DNA from: Candidatus Adlerbacteria bacterium
GTDB taxonomy: Bacteria > Patescibacteriota > Minisyncoccia > Phycocordibacterales > SBAW01
DNA length: 64,000 bases
Assembly (NCBI GenBank): GCA_003135635.1
Contig: PLCJ01000002.1
Location: 44,898 to 108,897 of the forward strand
Direction: 5' to 3'
Shown: in pieces, positions 29,452-38,275 of the stretch
Numbering within the stretch: position 1 is the first letter of the stretch
Layout: each line of letters begins with the position of its first letter
The notes under the pieces: generated by a model
Told to the model about the DNA's origin: nothing
The model's database searches: none
What the model saw: only the letters and a program-made list of their open reading frames with translations
Position numbers and translations under genes: made by a program

Positions 29452-29730
29452 ATGATAAAGCAATATTTTGAACACATAAAAACAAAAACACCGCATGAGC
29501 GTCGTCAGCATGCTATGCAGGTCGCCTGCGTTGCAACGGGGGCTATTGCACTTGTGTGGATAGGGACACTCAGCTTCCGTTTTTCTTCTCAGTCAAACAG
29601 TGTGGCGCAAACGGGAAGCGCTACTAATCAATCACAACTTGCAAACGCGGGAAGCGCACTGCCCTCCGCTGCGCAACCCTCTCTTGAAGTGGCAACTACC
29701 AGCGTGTTTAATACACAGCAATCACAATAA
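29452..29730 (+). CDS. hypothetical small membrane protein
   Basis: 92 aa with one TM helix, immediately upstream of gyrA. Confidence 0.35.
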   Translation: MIKQYFEHIKTKTPHERRQHAMQVACVATGAIALVWIGTLSFRFSSQSNSVAQTGSATNQSQLANAGSALPSAAQPSLEVATTSVFNTQQSQ

Positions 29731-29736
29731 TTTTCT

Positions 29737-32205
29737 ATGCCTGAAGAGAAAAAAGAGCCGATACCGACGCATTCTCAAAATATCATACCGCGCAATATTT
29801 CAAGTGAAATGCGCGAAGCATATCTCGATTACGCGATGTCCGTAATCACCTCCCGCGCGCTCCCTGATGTGCGCGATGGGCTGAAGCCAGTACACCGTCG
29901 CATTCTTTACGCGATGCACCGTATGGGACTCACCCCGGCAGCGCGTTTCCGTAAGTCGGCGGCAGTAGTGGGAGATGTGCTCGGAAAGTATCACCCTCAT
30001 GGGGACGCGTCTGTCTATGACGCAATGGTTAAGATGACCCAAGAGTTTTCGATGCGCTACCCACTTATTCTGGGGCAGGGAAATTTCGGCTCTATAGATG
30101 GCGATTCTGCTGCTGCGATGCGCTACACCGAGGCAAAAATGTCGCGTATGGCCGAATATCTGCTCGGCGATTTGGAAAAAGACACCGTAGAGTGGCGCCC
30201 CAACTACGACAGTACCCTCAGGGAGCCGGAAGTACTCCCTTCGGCGGTGCCCAATATTTTGCTTAATGGAACGCTTGGTATCGCAGTTGGTATGGCAACC
30301 TCCGTTCCGCCACACAACCTGCAAGAGCTCTCCTTAGCACTTGAGCATTTGATTGATAATCCCGAGGCGACGGTTGAAGATTTGATGCAATTTGTTTCAG
30401 GCCCTGATTTCCCAACTGGGGCAGTCGCATTTAATAAAAAAGACTTATTGCATGCCTATTCAACCGGCAGAGGCGGCGTAGTGGTACGCGGTCAAGCAGA
30501 AATCGTCGAAGATAAAAAGGGGAATTTTCAAATCATCATTTCTTCAATCCCCTATAGGGTGAATAAAGCAGACCTTATCGTGCGGATTGCTGATCTTGCA
30601 CGGGACAAAAAAGTGGAAGGAATTCGTGGACTCAGAGACGAGTCAACAAAAGATATTCGCGTCGTCGTTGATCTCAAACAAGGGGGGCATCCTCAGAAAG
30701 TTCTCAACTATCTCTACAAGCACACCGCGCTTGAAGACACTTTTCACTTCAATATGGTGGTGCTCGTTGATGGGGTGCCGCAGACGCTTTCTCTAAAAGG
30801 AATCTTGCAGGAATTCATTAAGCACCGCCGTGACGTAGTGAAGCGGCGCACACAATTTGATTTATCTCAAGCTCAGGGCCGGGAACATATTCTACTCGGG
30901 ATTGTAAAAGCTCTGGATGTTATTGACGAAGTCATTAAGACGATTCGAGCTTCCAAAGATGTTGCTGAGGCTCATGGGAATTTGATGCGAAAGTTCAAGT
31001 TCTCTGAGCTCCAGGCAACCGCTATTCTTGAAATGCGACTGCAGAAGCTTGCTAACCTTGAACGCAAAAAAGTTGAAGACGAACTCAAGGAGGTGCAAAC
31101 ACTCATTGAAGAACTCGCGACTCTTTTAAAGAGTGATAAAAAGATGCTCAGTGTCATCAAGACGGAGATTAGCGACATAGCAAAACGCTTTGGAGGTGAG
31201 CGCCAGACAAAAGTAATCAAGGGGGCAGCTGGCATTATTAATATGGAAGACTTGGTGCCGGAGGAAGAGCAAGTATTGGTGCTAACGGCGGGTGGGTATG
31301 TGAAGCGCACTAATCCTGAAGAATATCGTCGTCAAAAGCGTGGGGGAGTGGGAGTCATTGACCTCAATACCAAAGAAGAGGATTTCGTGACTATGTTTCT
31401 CACAACCTCAACACACAGTGATATTCTTTTTTTTACTGATTCAGGGAAAGCGTATCAGATAAAAATGTACGAGCTTCCAGAAGGAAAACGCTCGACTAAG
31501 GGTAAGGCAGTGATTAATTATCTTTCCATCTCAGACAGCGAGAAAATATCCTCGGTACTCTCCATGCGCAAAAATCAGAAGGAAGGAGAAAAATTCCTAT
31601 ATATGATCACCAAACAAGGAGTAACTAAAAAAGTTGATGCAATGGTCTTTCATGATGTTCGGCGTAGTGGCCTTATTGCTATTAAACTGCAAAAGGGTGA
31701 TGAGCTGATCGCCGCACTATTAGTTGAGAAAGGTGATGAGATTTTCCTCTCCACTGCCAGAGGACAGGCTATTCGTTTCAAAGAGAGCGACATTCGCGCA
31801 ATGGGTCGTACTGCCGGGGGTGTACGAGGCATGAGGCTAGCGCCTGGCGATACCCTTGTGGGTGCCGCTGTAGTACAAAAAGGGCGTAAAGATTTGGAGG
31901 TCCTTGTTGTCTCGCGCAACGGGTACGGTAAAACAACACCGATGAAAGAATACAAAGTCCAAAAACGCGGCGGTAGTGGGATTAAGACAATTAAAATAAC
32001 CCCCAAGATAGGTCCTCTTATCGCTGCGCGGGTGGTTTCAAAAGAGGAGGGAGTAGGAGAGAATGAAATCGTTGTTATTTCTCAAAAAGGACAAGTAATA
32101 CGCACCGGTCTTTCGGAAATCCCTTCTCTCTCCCGCGGAACCCAAGGAGTACGCGTCATGAAGCTTCGCCAAGGGGACGGCATTGCTTCGTTCGTGTGTA
32201 TGTGA
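29737..32205 (+). CDS. gyrA: DNA gyrase subunit A
   Basis: [23 protein letters not shown], active-site Tyr region and C-terminal beta-pinwheel repeats. Confidence 0.95.
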   Translation: MPEEKKEPIPTHSQNIIPRNISSEMREAYLDYAMSVITSRALPDVRDGLKPVHRRILYAMHRMGLTPAARFRKSAAVVGDVLGKYHPHGDASVYDAMVKMTQEFSMRYPLILGQGNFGSIDGDSAAAMRYTEAKMSRMAEYLLGDLEKDTVEWRPNYDSTLREPEVLPSAVPNILLNGTLGIAVGMATSVPPHNLQELSLALEHLIDNPEATVEDLMQFVSGPDFPTGAVAFNKKDLLHAYSTGRGGVVVRGQAEIVEDKKGNFQIIISSIPYRVNKADLIVRIADLARDKKVEGIRGLRDESTKDIRVVVDLKQGGHPQKVLNYLYKHTALEDTFHFNMVVLVDGVPQTLSLKGILQEFIKHRRDVVKRRTQFDLSQAQGREHILLGIVKALDVIDEVIKTIRASKDVAEAHGNLMRKFKFSELQATAILEMRLQKLANLERKKVEDELKEVQTLIEELATLLKSDKKMLSVIKTEISDIAKRFGGERQTKVIKGAAGIINMEDLVPEEEQVLVLTAGGYVKRTNPEEYRRQKRGGVGVIDLNTKEEDFVTMFLTTSTHSDILFFTDSGKAYQIKMYELPEGKRSTKGKAVINYLSISDSEKISSVLSMRKNQKEGEKFLYMITKQGVTKKVDAMVFHDVRRSGLIAIKLQKGDELIAALLVEKGDEIFLSTARGQAIRFKESDIRAMGRTAGGVRGMRLAPGDTLVGAAVVQKGRKDLEVLVVSRNGYGKTTPMKEYKVQKRGGSGIKTIKITPKIGPLIAARVVSKEEGVGENEIVVISQKGQVIRTGLSEIPSLSRGTQGVRVMKLRQGDGIASFVCM

Positions 32206-32238
32206 TTGGTTCTCAAAGAAAGATATATAATAGAGTAG

Positions 32239-32784
32239 ATGGAAGAAAGCTCCTTTCTTAATCCTACAAAAGTAATACGCGCGGCCGGAGTGCATGAGGG
32301 CATGCAGGTCGCTGATTTTGGCGCGGGCTCGGGCTTTTTTACTCGTACTGCTGCTCGCTCCGTTGGAGAATCCGGTGTGGTGTGGGCGGTTGATCTGCAA
32401 CGCGATCTACTTCCGCGCATCAAAAATCTCGCCGCCGCAGAAGGACTTCACAATGTCGAAGTAGTATATGGAGATATCTCCCACGAGGGTGGGAGTAATT
32501 TACCAGCTGAAAAGGTTGATTTCGTCATTGCCGCAAATGTTTTGTTTATGACAGAGCACAAGCAAGAGGCGCTCCGCGAGATTGCTCGCGTCCTAAAAGT
32601 TGGTGGTCACGCCCTCATCATCGATTGGACCAATTCTCACGGCGGCCTGGGACCACACCCTGAGCATGTCATAACTCTTAGTGCTGCAAAGATACTATTT
32701 GAAAAAAACGGTTTTACCGTCTTACACGAAACACCTGCGGGCGCATATCACTGGGGATTTGTTGTTCGCAAAAAAATGCAGTAA
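32239..32784 (+). CDS. class I SAM-dependent methyltransferase
   Basis: Motif I VADFGAGSGFF. 181 aa. Confidence 0.7.
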   Translation: MEESSFLNPTKVIRAAGVHEGMQVADFGAGSGFFTRTAARSVGESGVVWAVDLQRDLLPRIKNLAAAEGLHNVEVVYGDISHEGGSNLPAEKVDFVIAANVLFMTEHKQEALREIARVLKVGGHALIIDWTNSHGGLGPHPEHVITLSAAKILFEKNGFTVLHETPAGAYHWGFVVRKKMQ

Positions 32785-32804
32785 GGAGCACAATTGATAA
32801 GAAC

Positions 32805-34112
32805 ATGAAGCTCTCCACTTTCCAATTTGCAGTTTTGGCTTTCTTTATTCTTTTTACTATTGCCGGTGTGGTTGCCTTCGCTGTTTTTGGAAGGGGCGCT
32901 AACAATACGAGTGTAGGTCCGGTGACCATCTGGGGTACCGTCGATGGACAAACCATGGACACGCTTATTACAACGCTCAGTTCACAAAATAAAATATTTC
33001 AAAACGTTACCTACGTGCAACTAGATCCAACTACGTATAGCGCAACACTCATTAATGCACTTGCCAGTGGGAACAGCCCTGATCTTTTTTTAGTAACTCA
33101 GGATACTGTGTCGAGCTTCGCAAATAAACTTTCTCCCATTCCTTATAATGCAGTCTCTCAAGCATCATATCTCTCCTCATTTATCGATGAAGGACAGCTC
33201 TTTTTGACACCGCAAGGATCTTTGGCGCTTCCTTTTATGATCGATCCCTTAGTCATGTATTGGAATCGAGATCTCTTTGCTTCTGCGGGCATAGCACAGC
33301 CTCCTTCCCATTGGAGCGACTTTCTTTCCCTGACGCCTAAAATCACTTCAATTGATGCACAATCAAACGTTGCGCGCAGTGCGGTTGCGCTTGGTGAGTG
33401 GCAAAACATTACTGATGCAAAAATGATTCTCTCGGCGCTTTTTATGCAGGCGGGAGATCCGATAGTCACCCGGGCGCAAAATGGCGCACTACAGTCAGTA
33501 TTTGGCGCAACACCAAGTGGAGCGGTGTCTAATCCAGCAGCGTCCGTACTTCTTTTTTATACCGAATTTGCAAATCCCTCAAAGACCACCTATTCATGGA
33601 ATCGTTCTCTTCCGCAATCGCGCAATGATTTTGCAGCGGGGAATCTGGCGGTGTACTTTGGACTTGCAAGTGACGATCCGGTATTAACCCAAAGCAATCC
33701 TAATTTGAGTTTTGGGGTTGCAGAGCTTCCTCAAATTCAAAATAATCCCACGCAGCTGACCTTTGGAGAATTAACTGGTATTGCCATTTCACGCATTGCA
33801 GGAAATCCGCAAGGGGCGCTTGCTGTTGCAGAGGCGCTTTCTGCTCCAGCCGCACAGCAACAACTCGCTGCGGAAACTAATTTACCGTCTGTACGACGCA
33901 GTCCTCTCACCGATACTTCAGGAAATGCGACAGAAACTGTTTTTGCACAATCAGCACTTATCGCACACGGTTGGCTCGATCCCGACCCAGCATCTACGGA
34001 CCTACTCTTTCAAGGCATGATAGAATCGATATTAAGCGGCAATCAAGAGCCTGCGGGGGCTGCGAGTGCTGCTTCGCAACAAATGGCTCAGTTGGTGAAT
34101 CCACAACAATGA
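32805..34112 (+). CDS. membrane-anchored extracellular solute-binding protein (SBP_bac_1-like), orphan
   Basis: N-terminal TM anchor and a periplasmic-binding-protein fold pattern. No ABC permease or ATPase genes adjacent. Confidence 0.55.
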   Translation: MKLSTFQFAVLAFFILFTIAGVVAFAVFGRGANNTSVGPVTIWGTVDGQTMDTLITTLSSQNKIFQNVTYVQLDPTTYSATLINALASGNSPDLFLVTQDTVSSFANKLSPIPYNAVSQASYLSSFIDEGQLFLTPQGSLALPFMIDPLVMYWNRDLFASAGIAQPPSHWSDFLSLTPKITSIDAQSNVARSAVALGEWQNITDAKMILSALFMQAGDPIVTRAQNGALQSVFGATPSGAVSNPAASVLLFYTEFANPSKTTYSWNRSLPQSRNDFAAGNLAVYFGLASDDPVLTQSNPNLSFGVAELPQIQNNPTQLTFGELTGIAISRIAGNPQGALAVAEALSAPAAQQQLAAETNLPSVRRSPLTDTSGNATETVFAQSALIAHGWLDPDPASTDLLFQGMIESILSGNQEPAGAASAASQQMAQLVNPQQ

Positions 34113-34513
34113 AAGGATTTTTAAGAATATTTTTCACATCTGCGTTTCTTTTTCTACTCCCTTTTGTTTGTTGGGGACAAAGTGGGGGTTCAAGCGCATC
34201 TCCAATAAATGTCACTCTCCAAAATCCACTAAGCCAAACCACATTTTGTCAGCTCTTTAAACAAATATTAGATGTTGCTCTCGCTCTTGGCACACCGGTC
34301 ATTATTTTTTTTATTGTGCTTGCTGGTTTTAAGTTTGTATGGGCTCGGGGTAATGCAGAAAAACTTACAGAAGCACGAGACAATCTTCGCAATACTATTC
34401 TTGGGATAGTTCTATTTCTGGGGGCATGGGCCCTCACTATGGTGGTGGCGGGAACTATCAATACTCTCAATAGCGCAGGAGGTGGTGGGAGTCCTTTAAT
34501 CGCTTCCTGTTAA
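34109..34513 (+). CDS. pilin-like small protein P1 (signal peptide plus two hydrophobic helices; VirB2/TrbC-like architecture)
   Basis: Start at the internal ATG (MKGFLRIFF) of ORF 33971..34513. Signal peptide, then a helix / charged loop (KLTEARDNLRN) / helix arrangement paralogous to the next three genes. Confidence 0.55.
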   Translation: MKGFLRIFFTSAFLFLLPFVCWGQSGGSSASPINVTLQNPLSQTTFCQLFKQILDVALALGTPVIIFFIVLAGFKFVWARGNAEKLTEARDNLRNTILGIVLFLGAWALTMVVAGTINTLNSAGGGGSPLIASC

Positions 34514-34523
34514 AAACAATCCT

Positions 34524-34763
34524 ATGACACTTGTGAGCCTCGTCTCATATCTTATTGGTCTCATTCAACTCGTAATTCCTGTGCTGACAGGTGCTGCTGT
34601 TGTTCTTTTTATGTTTGGAGTATTCCAATATGTCTATGCAGTCGCCCAAGGGAGTAAGGAGGCGTCAAAAGAGATGATGTGGTGGGGCATGATAGCGCTT
34701 TTTGTCATTTTTTCTTTCTGGGGAATACTCGCCCTTCTTCAGAGGTCACTAAATCTTCCTTAA
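34524..34763 (+). CDS. pilin-like small two-TM protein P2 (paralog)
   Basis: Shares the motif LIQLVIPVL...FGVFQYVYA...GSKEASK...GMIALFVIFSFWGILALL with P1, P3 and P4. Confidence 0.55.
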   Translation: MTLVSLVSYLIGLIQLVIPVLTGAAVVLFMFGVFQYVYAVAQGSKEASKEMMWWGMIALFVIFSFWGILALLQRSLNLP

Positions 34764-34869
34764 TTCCTCTTAAAAAACATTATTTCTAGACATTGGGACT
34801 ATCCACACGGCCCCATTGTTTATAGGCGTCCGTTTGCTACAGTGGGCGTATAACCAAATAAAATTTTTT

Positions 34870-35199
34870 ATGCAATGTTATAGTCAATTCGCGTGGCTTT
34901 GTCAGCTTGTTTCATCTATAGGCTACATCATTAATCTTCTCATTCCCATTATAATCGCCCTGACGGTACTTATATTCTTTTGGGGACTTTTCAAGTATGT
35001 ACTGGGCGGGGGAGATAAGGAAAAAAGTGACGGAAAGGGTATTCTCATTGCGGGCATTATTGCGCTTTTTGTCGAGGTTTCTATCTGGGGGATCATACAT
35101 TTGCTTGCAACCACTGTAGGTATTCCACAAGCTTCTACCGGCGTTGCTCCGTCCGTACAATCGACGACCTCGGCGGTTCCCGGTTCCTTAAACTACTAA
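34870..35199 (+). CDS. pilin-like small two-TM protein P3 (paralog)
   Basis: IINLLIPIIIAL...FWGLFKYVLGGGDKEKSDGKGILIAGIIALFVEVSIWGIIHLL. Start taken at the internal ATG of ORF 34816..35199. Confidence 0.5.
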   Translation: MQCYSQFAWLCQLVSSIGYIINLLIPIIIALTVLIFFWGLFKYVLGGGDKEKSDGKGILIAGIIALFVEVSIWGIIHLLATTVGIPQASTGVAPSVQSTTSAVPGSLNY

Positions 35200-35348
35200 C
35201 CGCATCAACATAAATAGTGTTTATCAAACACCATTTGTATAAGTTATATCCAGCCAGACCTAGTAGAGGGTCCAGAACCGAATCCTCTAATAATATCCAT
35301 GTCTATTTATCTATCCTTGTGATTACAGCCATAGGCTGATTCTTTCTT

Positions 35349-35651
35349 ATGACTTCGGTCGATGCATTTGTTGCTACTATTAACAGCACTATCATTAATC
35401 CTCTCCTCGCACTTCTTTTTGCGGTAGGAGTTTTAGTTTTTATTTACGGCGTAGTTGAATTTTTGCTTAGTATCAATCAGGGAGATAATACCAAAAAAGA
35501 ACAAGGTAAGCAGCACATGTGGCAAGGTCTCCTCGGCATGCTCATTATGGTAAGCGCTCTGTCGATATTCAATCTCTTAGCGAATACTCTTTGCAATAAC
35601 AGTGGGTTATCCCATTGTAAAGCCCTTCCAATTCAGTCAAGTAAGACATAA
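35349..35651 (+). CDS. pilin-like small two-TM protein P4 (paralog)
   Basis: IINPLLALLFAVGVLVFIYGVVEFLL...NTKKEQGKQHMWQGLLGMLIMVSALSIFNLL. Confidence 0.5.
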   Translation: MTSVDAFVATINSTIINPLLALLFAVGVLVFIYGVVEFLLSINQGDNTKKEQGKQHMWQGLLGMLIMVSALSIFNLLANTLCNNSGLSHCKALPIQSSKT

Positions 35652-35692
35652 ATCTCAAGGTCCAACATTCATTATCTATCGAATAATTCTCT

Positions 35693-35774
35693 GTGGGCGA
35701 GGGGAGACTCGAACTCCCAAACCTTGCGGTACATGGTCCTAAGCCATGCGTGTCTACCAATTTCACCACTCGCC
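35693..35774 (-). tRNA. tRNA-Leu(TAG)
   Basis: Read on the reverse complement: acceptor GGGCGAG/CTCGCCC, anticodon loop CTTAGGA, long variable arm, discriminator A. Confidence 0.85.
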
Positions 35775-35840
35775 CTTCAAATTCATGATACACGAAAGTC
35801 GAAAATACTTTGAGAAAAGTGTATACGCATGGGAAATCTG

Positions 35841-35912
35841 AGTCCACGGCGGGAATCGAACCCGCGTATAAGGGTTTTGCAGACCCATGCCTTACCACTT
35901 GGCCACGTGGAC
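35841..35912 (-). tRNA. tRNA-Cys(GCA)
   Basis: Read on the reverse complement: acceptor GTCCACG/CGTGGAC, anticodon loop CTGCAAA, T-loop TTCGATT, discriminator U as expected for tRNA-Cys. Confidence 0.8.
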
Positions 35913-36002
35913 GCGAATTTACTCTAGCATGAGTAGTCTGTTAAGCGATACAATTTTCCCGTTTGCTCTATGGGGCAGATTGTCATGGTAGAAATATAAG
36001 AT

Positions 36003-36089
36003 GCCGGGATGGCGAAACTGGTAGACGCGCGACACTTAAAATGTCGTGAGCCCGTAGGGCGCATGTGGGTTCGATTCCCACTCCCGGCA
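36003..36089 (+). tRNA. tRNA-Leu(TAA)
   Basis: Acceptor GCCGGGA/TCCCGGC, anticodon loop CTTAAAA, long variable arm, T-loop TTCGATT. Confidence 0.85.
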
Positions 36090-36276
36090 CATAGGCAGAA
36101 AATATGCCAATTGGGTACATTTCTATGTCGAATCAAAAAATACGTTGCAAATGCAATGTATTTTTTGTATCCAATAATGTGCTTACTAGACATGGTTAAC
36201 GGTTGTGGATAGGTGCACACCTAATTTCCCAATAACATAATATACTAGAGTAGTTCGAACATACGTGACGGTGAAT

Positions 36277-36312
36277 GGAGAAACCCCTGCATCTCTGCAG
36301 GGGTCTCCTTTT
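36277..36312 (+). terminator. strong rho-independent terminator about 190 nt downstream of tRNA-Leu(TAA)
   Basis: 13-bp stem GGAGAAACCCCTGCA / TGCAGGGGTCTCC with loop TCTC, followed by TTTT. Confidence 0.7.
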
Positions 36313-36766
36313 GGGGAGTTGAGAACCGGATGCTTCGCTACAACCTCCTGCCATCCGATGACTAATCTTTTCTTGGGAGATAGGATGCGCATCGTTTGAT
36401 TTTCTGATGCCTCTTTTTCACGTCGGGTCACTGTACCTCCTTACGGTTGCCACCCACAGTATCTAGAACCAGTCTAGTTCTAGCGGCTCAGGGTAGACGA
36501 AAGCCATCCTCCTAGCATATGTAGCGAGTTAGCGGCTAATGTTGGCCTGTGACGGTGAAGTCTCAGGTTATTTATATGAAAGCACAAAACTTGTCAAATA
36601 CAAATATCTGTCCTGTGGAAAACCGCGAATGTGACACACTTTTAGGATGACTCATACGGAATTTCTCGCTATATTGTATTAATACTGTGCTCGTTAGATA
36701 ATCAGGCTGTCTTATCCACAAGTAGGGAATGAAAATCGGACGCAAAGATTCTGCAATAGAATCTAC

Positions 36767-37012
36767 CTATCTCCTACTTAGAGCTTGAGCCACGGCACGA
36801 ATATTATGATCCAGAATCGAAATCTGAGATTCGATAGATTTGAGCTTCTTTTCCAGTTTATCAAGCATCGCACCACTGTTATAGTACTCAGTCACTCCAA
36901 CAGGAACTTGACACGTAGCACACTGGATAAAGAGTAGCTTGTATCTAGAGTCTTCAGGTGACTGTTCAACCACCTTAAACCGTGTACCGCTGCAACTTCC
37001 ACACTTAGACAT
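36767..37012 (-). CDS. small zinc-ribbon protein with C-terminal coiled coil (hypothetical)
   Basis: 81 aa, CGSC...CATC pairs and a C-terminal heptad-like segment. The only substantial ORF in a 1.8-kb tract. Confidence 0.4.
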   Translation of the reverse strand: MSKCGSCSGTRFKVVEQSPEDSRYKLLFIQCATCQVPVGVTEYYNSGAMLDKLEKKLKSIESQISILDHNIRAVAQALSRR

Positions 37013-37040
37013 ATATTATTCCGTTATTTAATAATTGTTA

Positions 37041-37402
37041 GTTCCTTGAAATACTAGAGAAGGTTAGATTGACCTCAACGGCTAGCGTACGAAGTACACT
37101 TTGTCGTCGACGGTCACAACATAGTGGATGAGAATGCATCCTCCTATGTGTCCCCGTCGTTTTATCTTCAGCTTGTGAAGATCTTGGCGATCAATCCATG
37201 AAACTGATAGCGACCCTTTATACGTCAGTTTTCGCTTCATGTCCGTAACCTATTTCTTAATGCTTGTAATCTTTAGGAGTCGATCCTTCCTTTGCTCCCC
37301 CTCAAAGTTCAAGAAAGCTCTGAGGGGGAGAGGAAGAGATGACATAACCCTTTAGACAAAAGCAACGGCTCTCCGACTGTCTCCTCTAGTATTTCAAGGA
37401 AC
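37041..37402. repeat. long-range perfect 19-bp inverted repeat (GTTCCTTGAAATACTAGAG at 37041-37059 and its reverse complement at 37384-37402) enclosing 324 nt with internal hairpins
   Basis: Seen directly in the sequence. An internal hairpin CTTCCTTTGCTCCCCCTCAAAG / CTCTGAGGGGGAGAGGAAG lies at about 37287-37340. Confidence 0.6.
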
Positions 37403-37874
37403 CAAAAACCCACTCCTCAACTGATAAGCGTGTGCTTATCAGTCAGGGAATGGGTTCTTTTGAAACTTACTCTTGCTGCCTAATAATCAAACGTACCAGT
37501 TGAGGTTTCCATGCGGACATCCCACTAGGAACATAATGATTATATCGCCTGACCGTATAGGCACAAGCGGTAAATGTGAATAAAGCCAAGAGGATAGGAA
37601 TTCTATCCTCTCCGGGACACCTTCACCCCCATATTGCACTTCGTGAGTAATATACACTTACTGGATACGACTTGATGGTACAGGGCACGAATCAGAAAAG
37701 CCTTTCGTTCAAGCAGCCCTGTTGATATCCTCATCAGAAACCATCTTCTCAATTACTTCAATGTCTTTAATCAATTTCAGAAGCTGGGGATCATTATTGT
37801 GGTACCGGGTTCGAACGTCGTTGACGAGCCGGCACATTGTGAGAAGGATAATTGTATTGTAGCGTGATATTCAT

Positions 37875-37947
37875 CCGCCCATAGCTCAATTGGTAGAGCA
37901 GCTGCCTCTTAAGCAGTTGGTTGTAGGTTCGAGTCCTACTGGGCGGA
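37875..37947 (+). tRNA. tRNA-Lys(CTT)
   Basis: Acceptor CCGCCCA/TGGGCGG (C1-G72), D-arm GCTCAATTGGTAGAGC, anticodon loop CTCTTAA, T-loop TTCGAGT, discriminator A. Confidence 0.8.
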
Positions 37948-37951
37948 CTAG

Positions 37952-38272
37952 TTATTCTCCCAACTCGTCGAGACGTTGACGGTTTTTTTCTCCCTTATCA
38001 AGAGCAAACTCGATGTGCGGAATACGCATACCTCGCACACGTTTCTTAAAAAACTCTGCTAACTCACCGCCATGGCGTCTCGCAAATGAAAGCGCTCGCA
38101 GTTCTGCAGATTCTGGAAATATTGTAAGATAAATAGTCGCGAGATGCCCATCGGAAGACACTACAGCATTCGTGACAGTGATAAGTGATTGTCGATTTGC
38201 TTCACGCGCAAGAAACTCTGCCGCCGCCTCGCGCACCGCTTCATTCATACGCTTTTCTCGGTTAGGGTTCAT
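37952..38272 (-). CDS. rbfA: ribosome-binding factor A
   Basis: RbfA KH-like pattern (RQSLITVTNAVVSSDGHLATIYLT). Downstream of infB, as is typical. Confidence 0.8.
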   Translation of the reverse strand: MNPNREKRMNEAVREAAAEFLAREANRQSLITVTNAVVSSDGHLATIYLTIFPESAELRALSFARRHGGELAEFFKKRVRGMRIPHIEFALDKGEKNRQRLDELGE

Positions 38273-38275
38273 GAC

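Noticed and set aside
36186-36431. 81-aa minus-strand ORF in the noncoding tract
   Set aside because: It overlaps the strong plus-strand terminator hairpin and has no motifs. It is kept only as a note.
36090-37874. tmRNA (ssrA) or SRP RNA in the long noncoding tract
   Set aside because: I looked for a tRNA-Ala-like 3' end with TTCGA T-loop plus CCA, a tag reading frame ending in ALAA-stop, and the SRP domain IV GGAAGCAGC motif. None was found by eye. A covariance search is still needed before exclusion.
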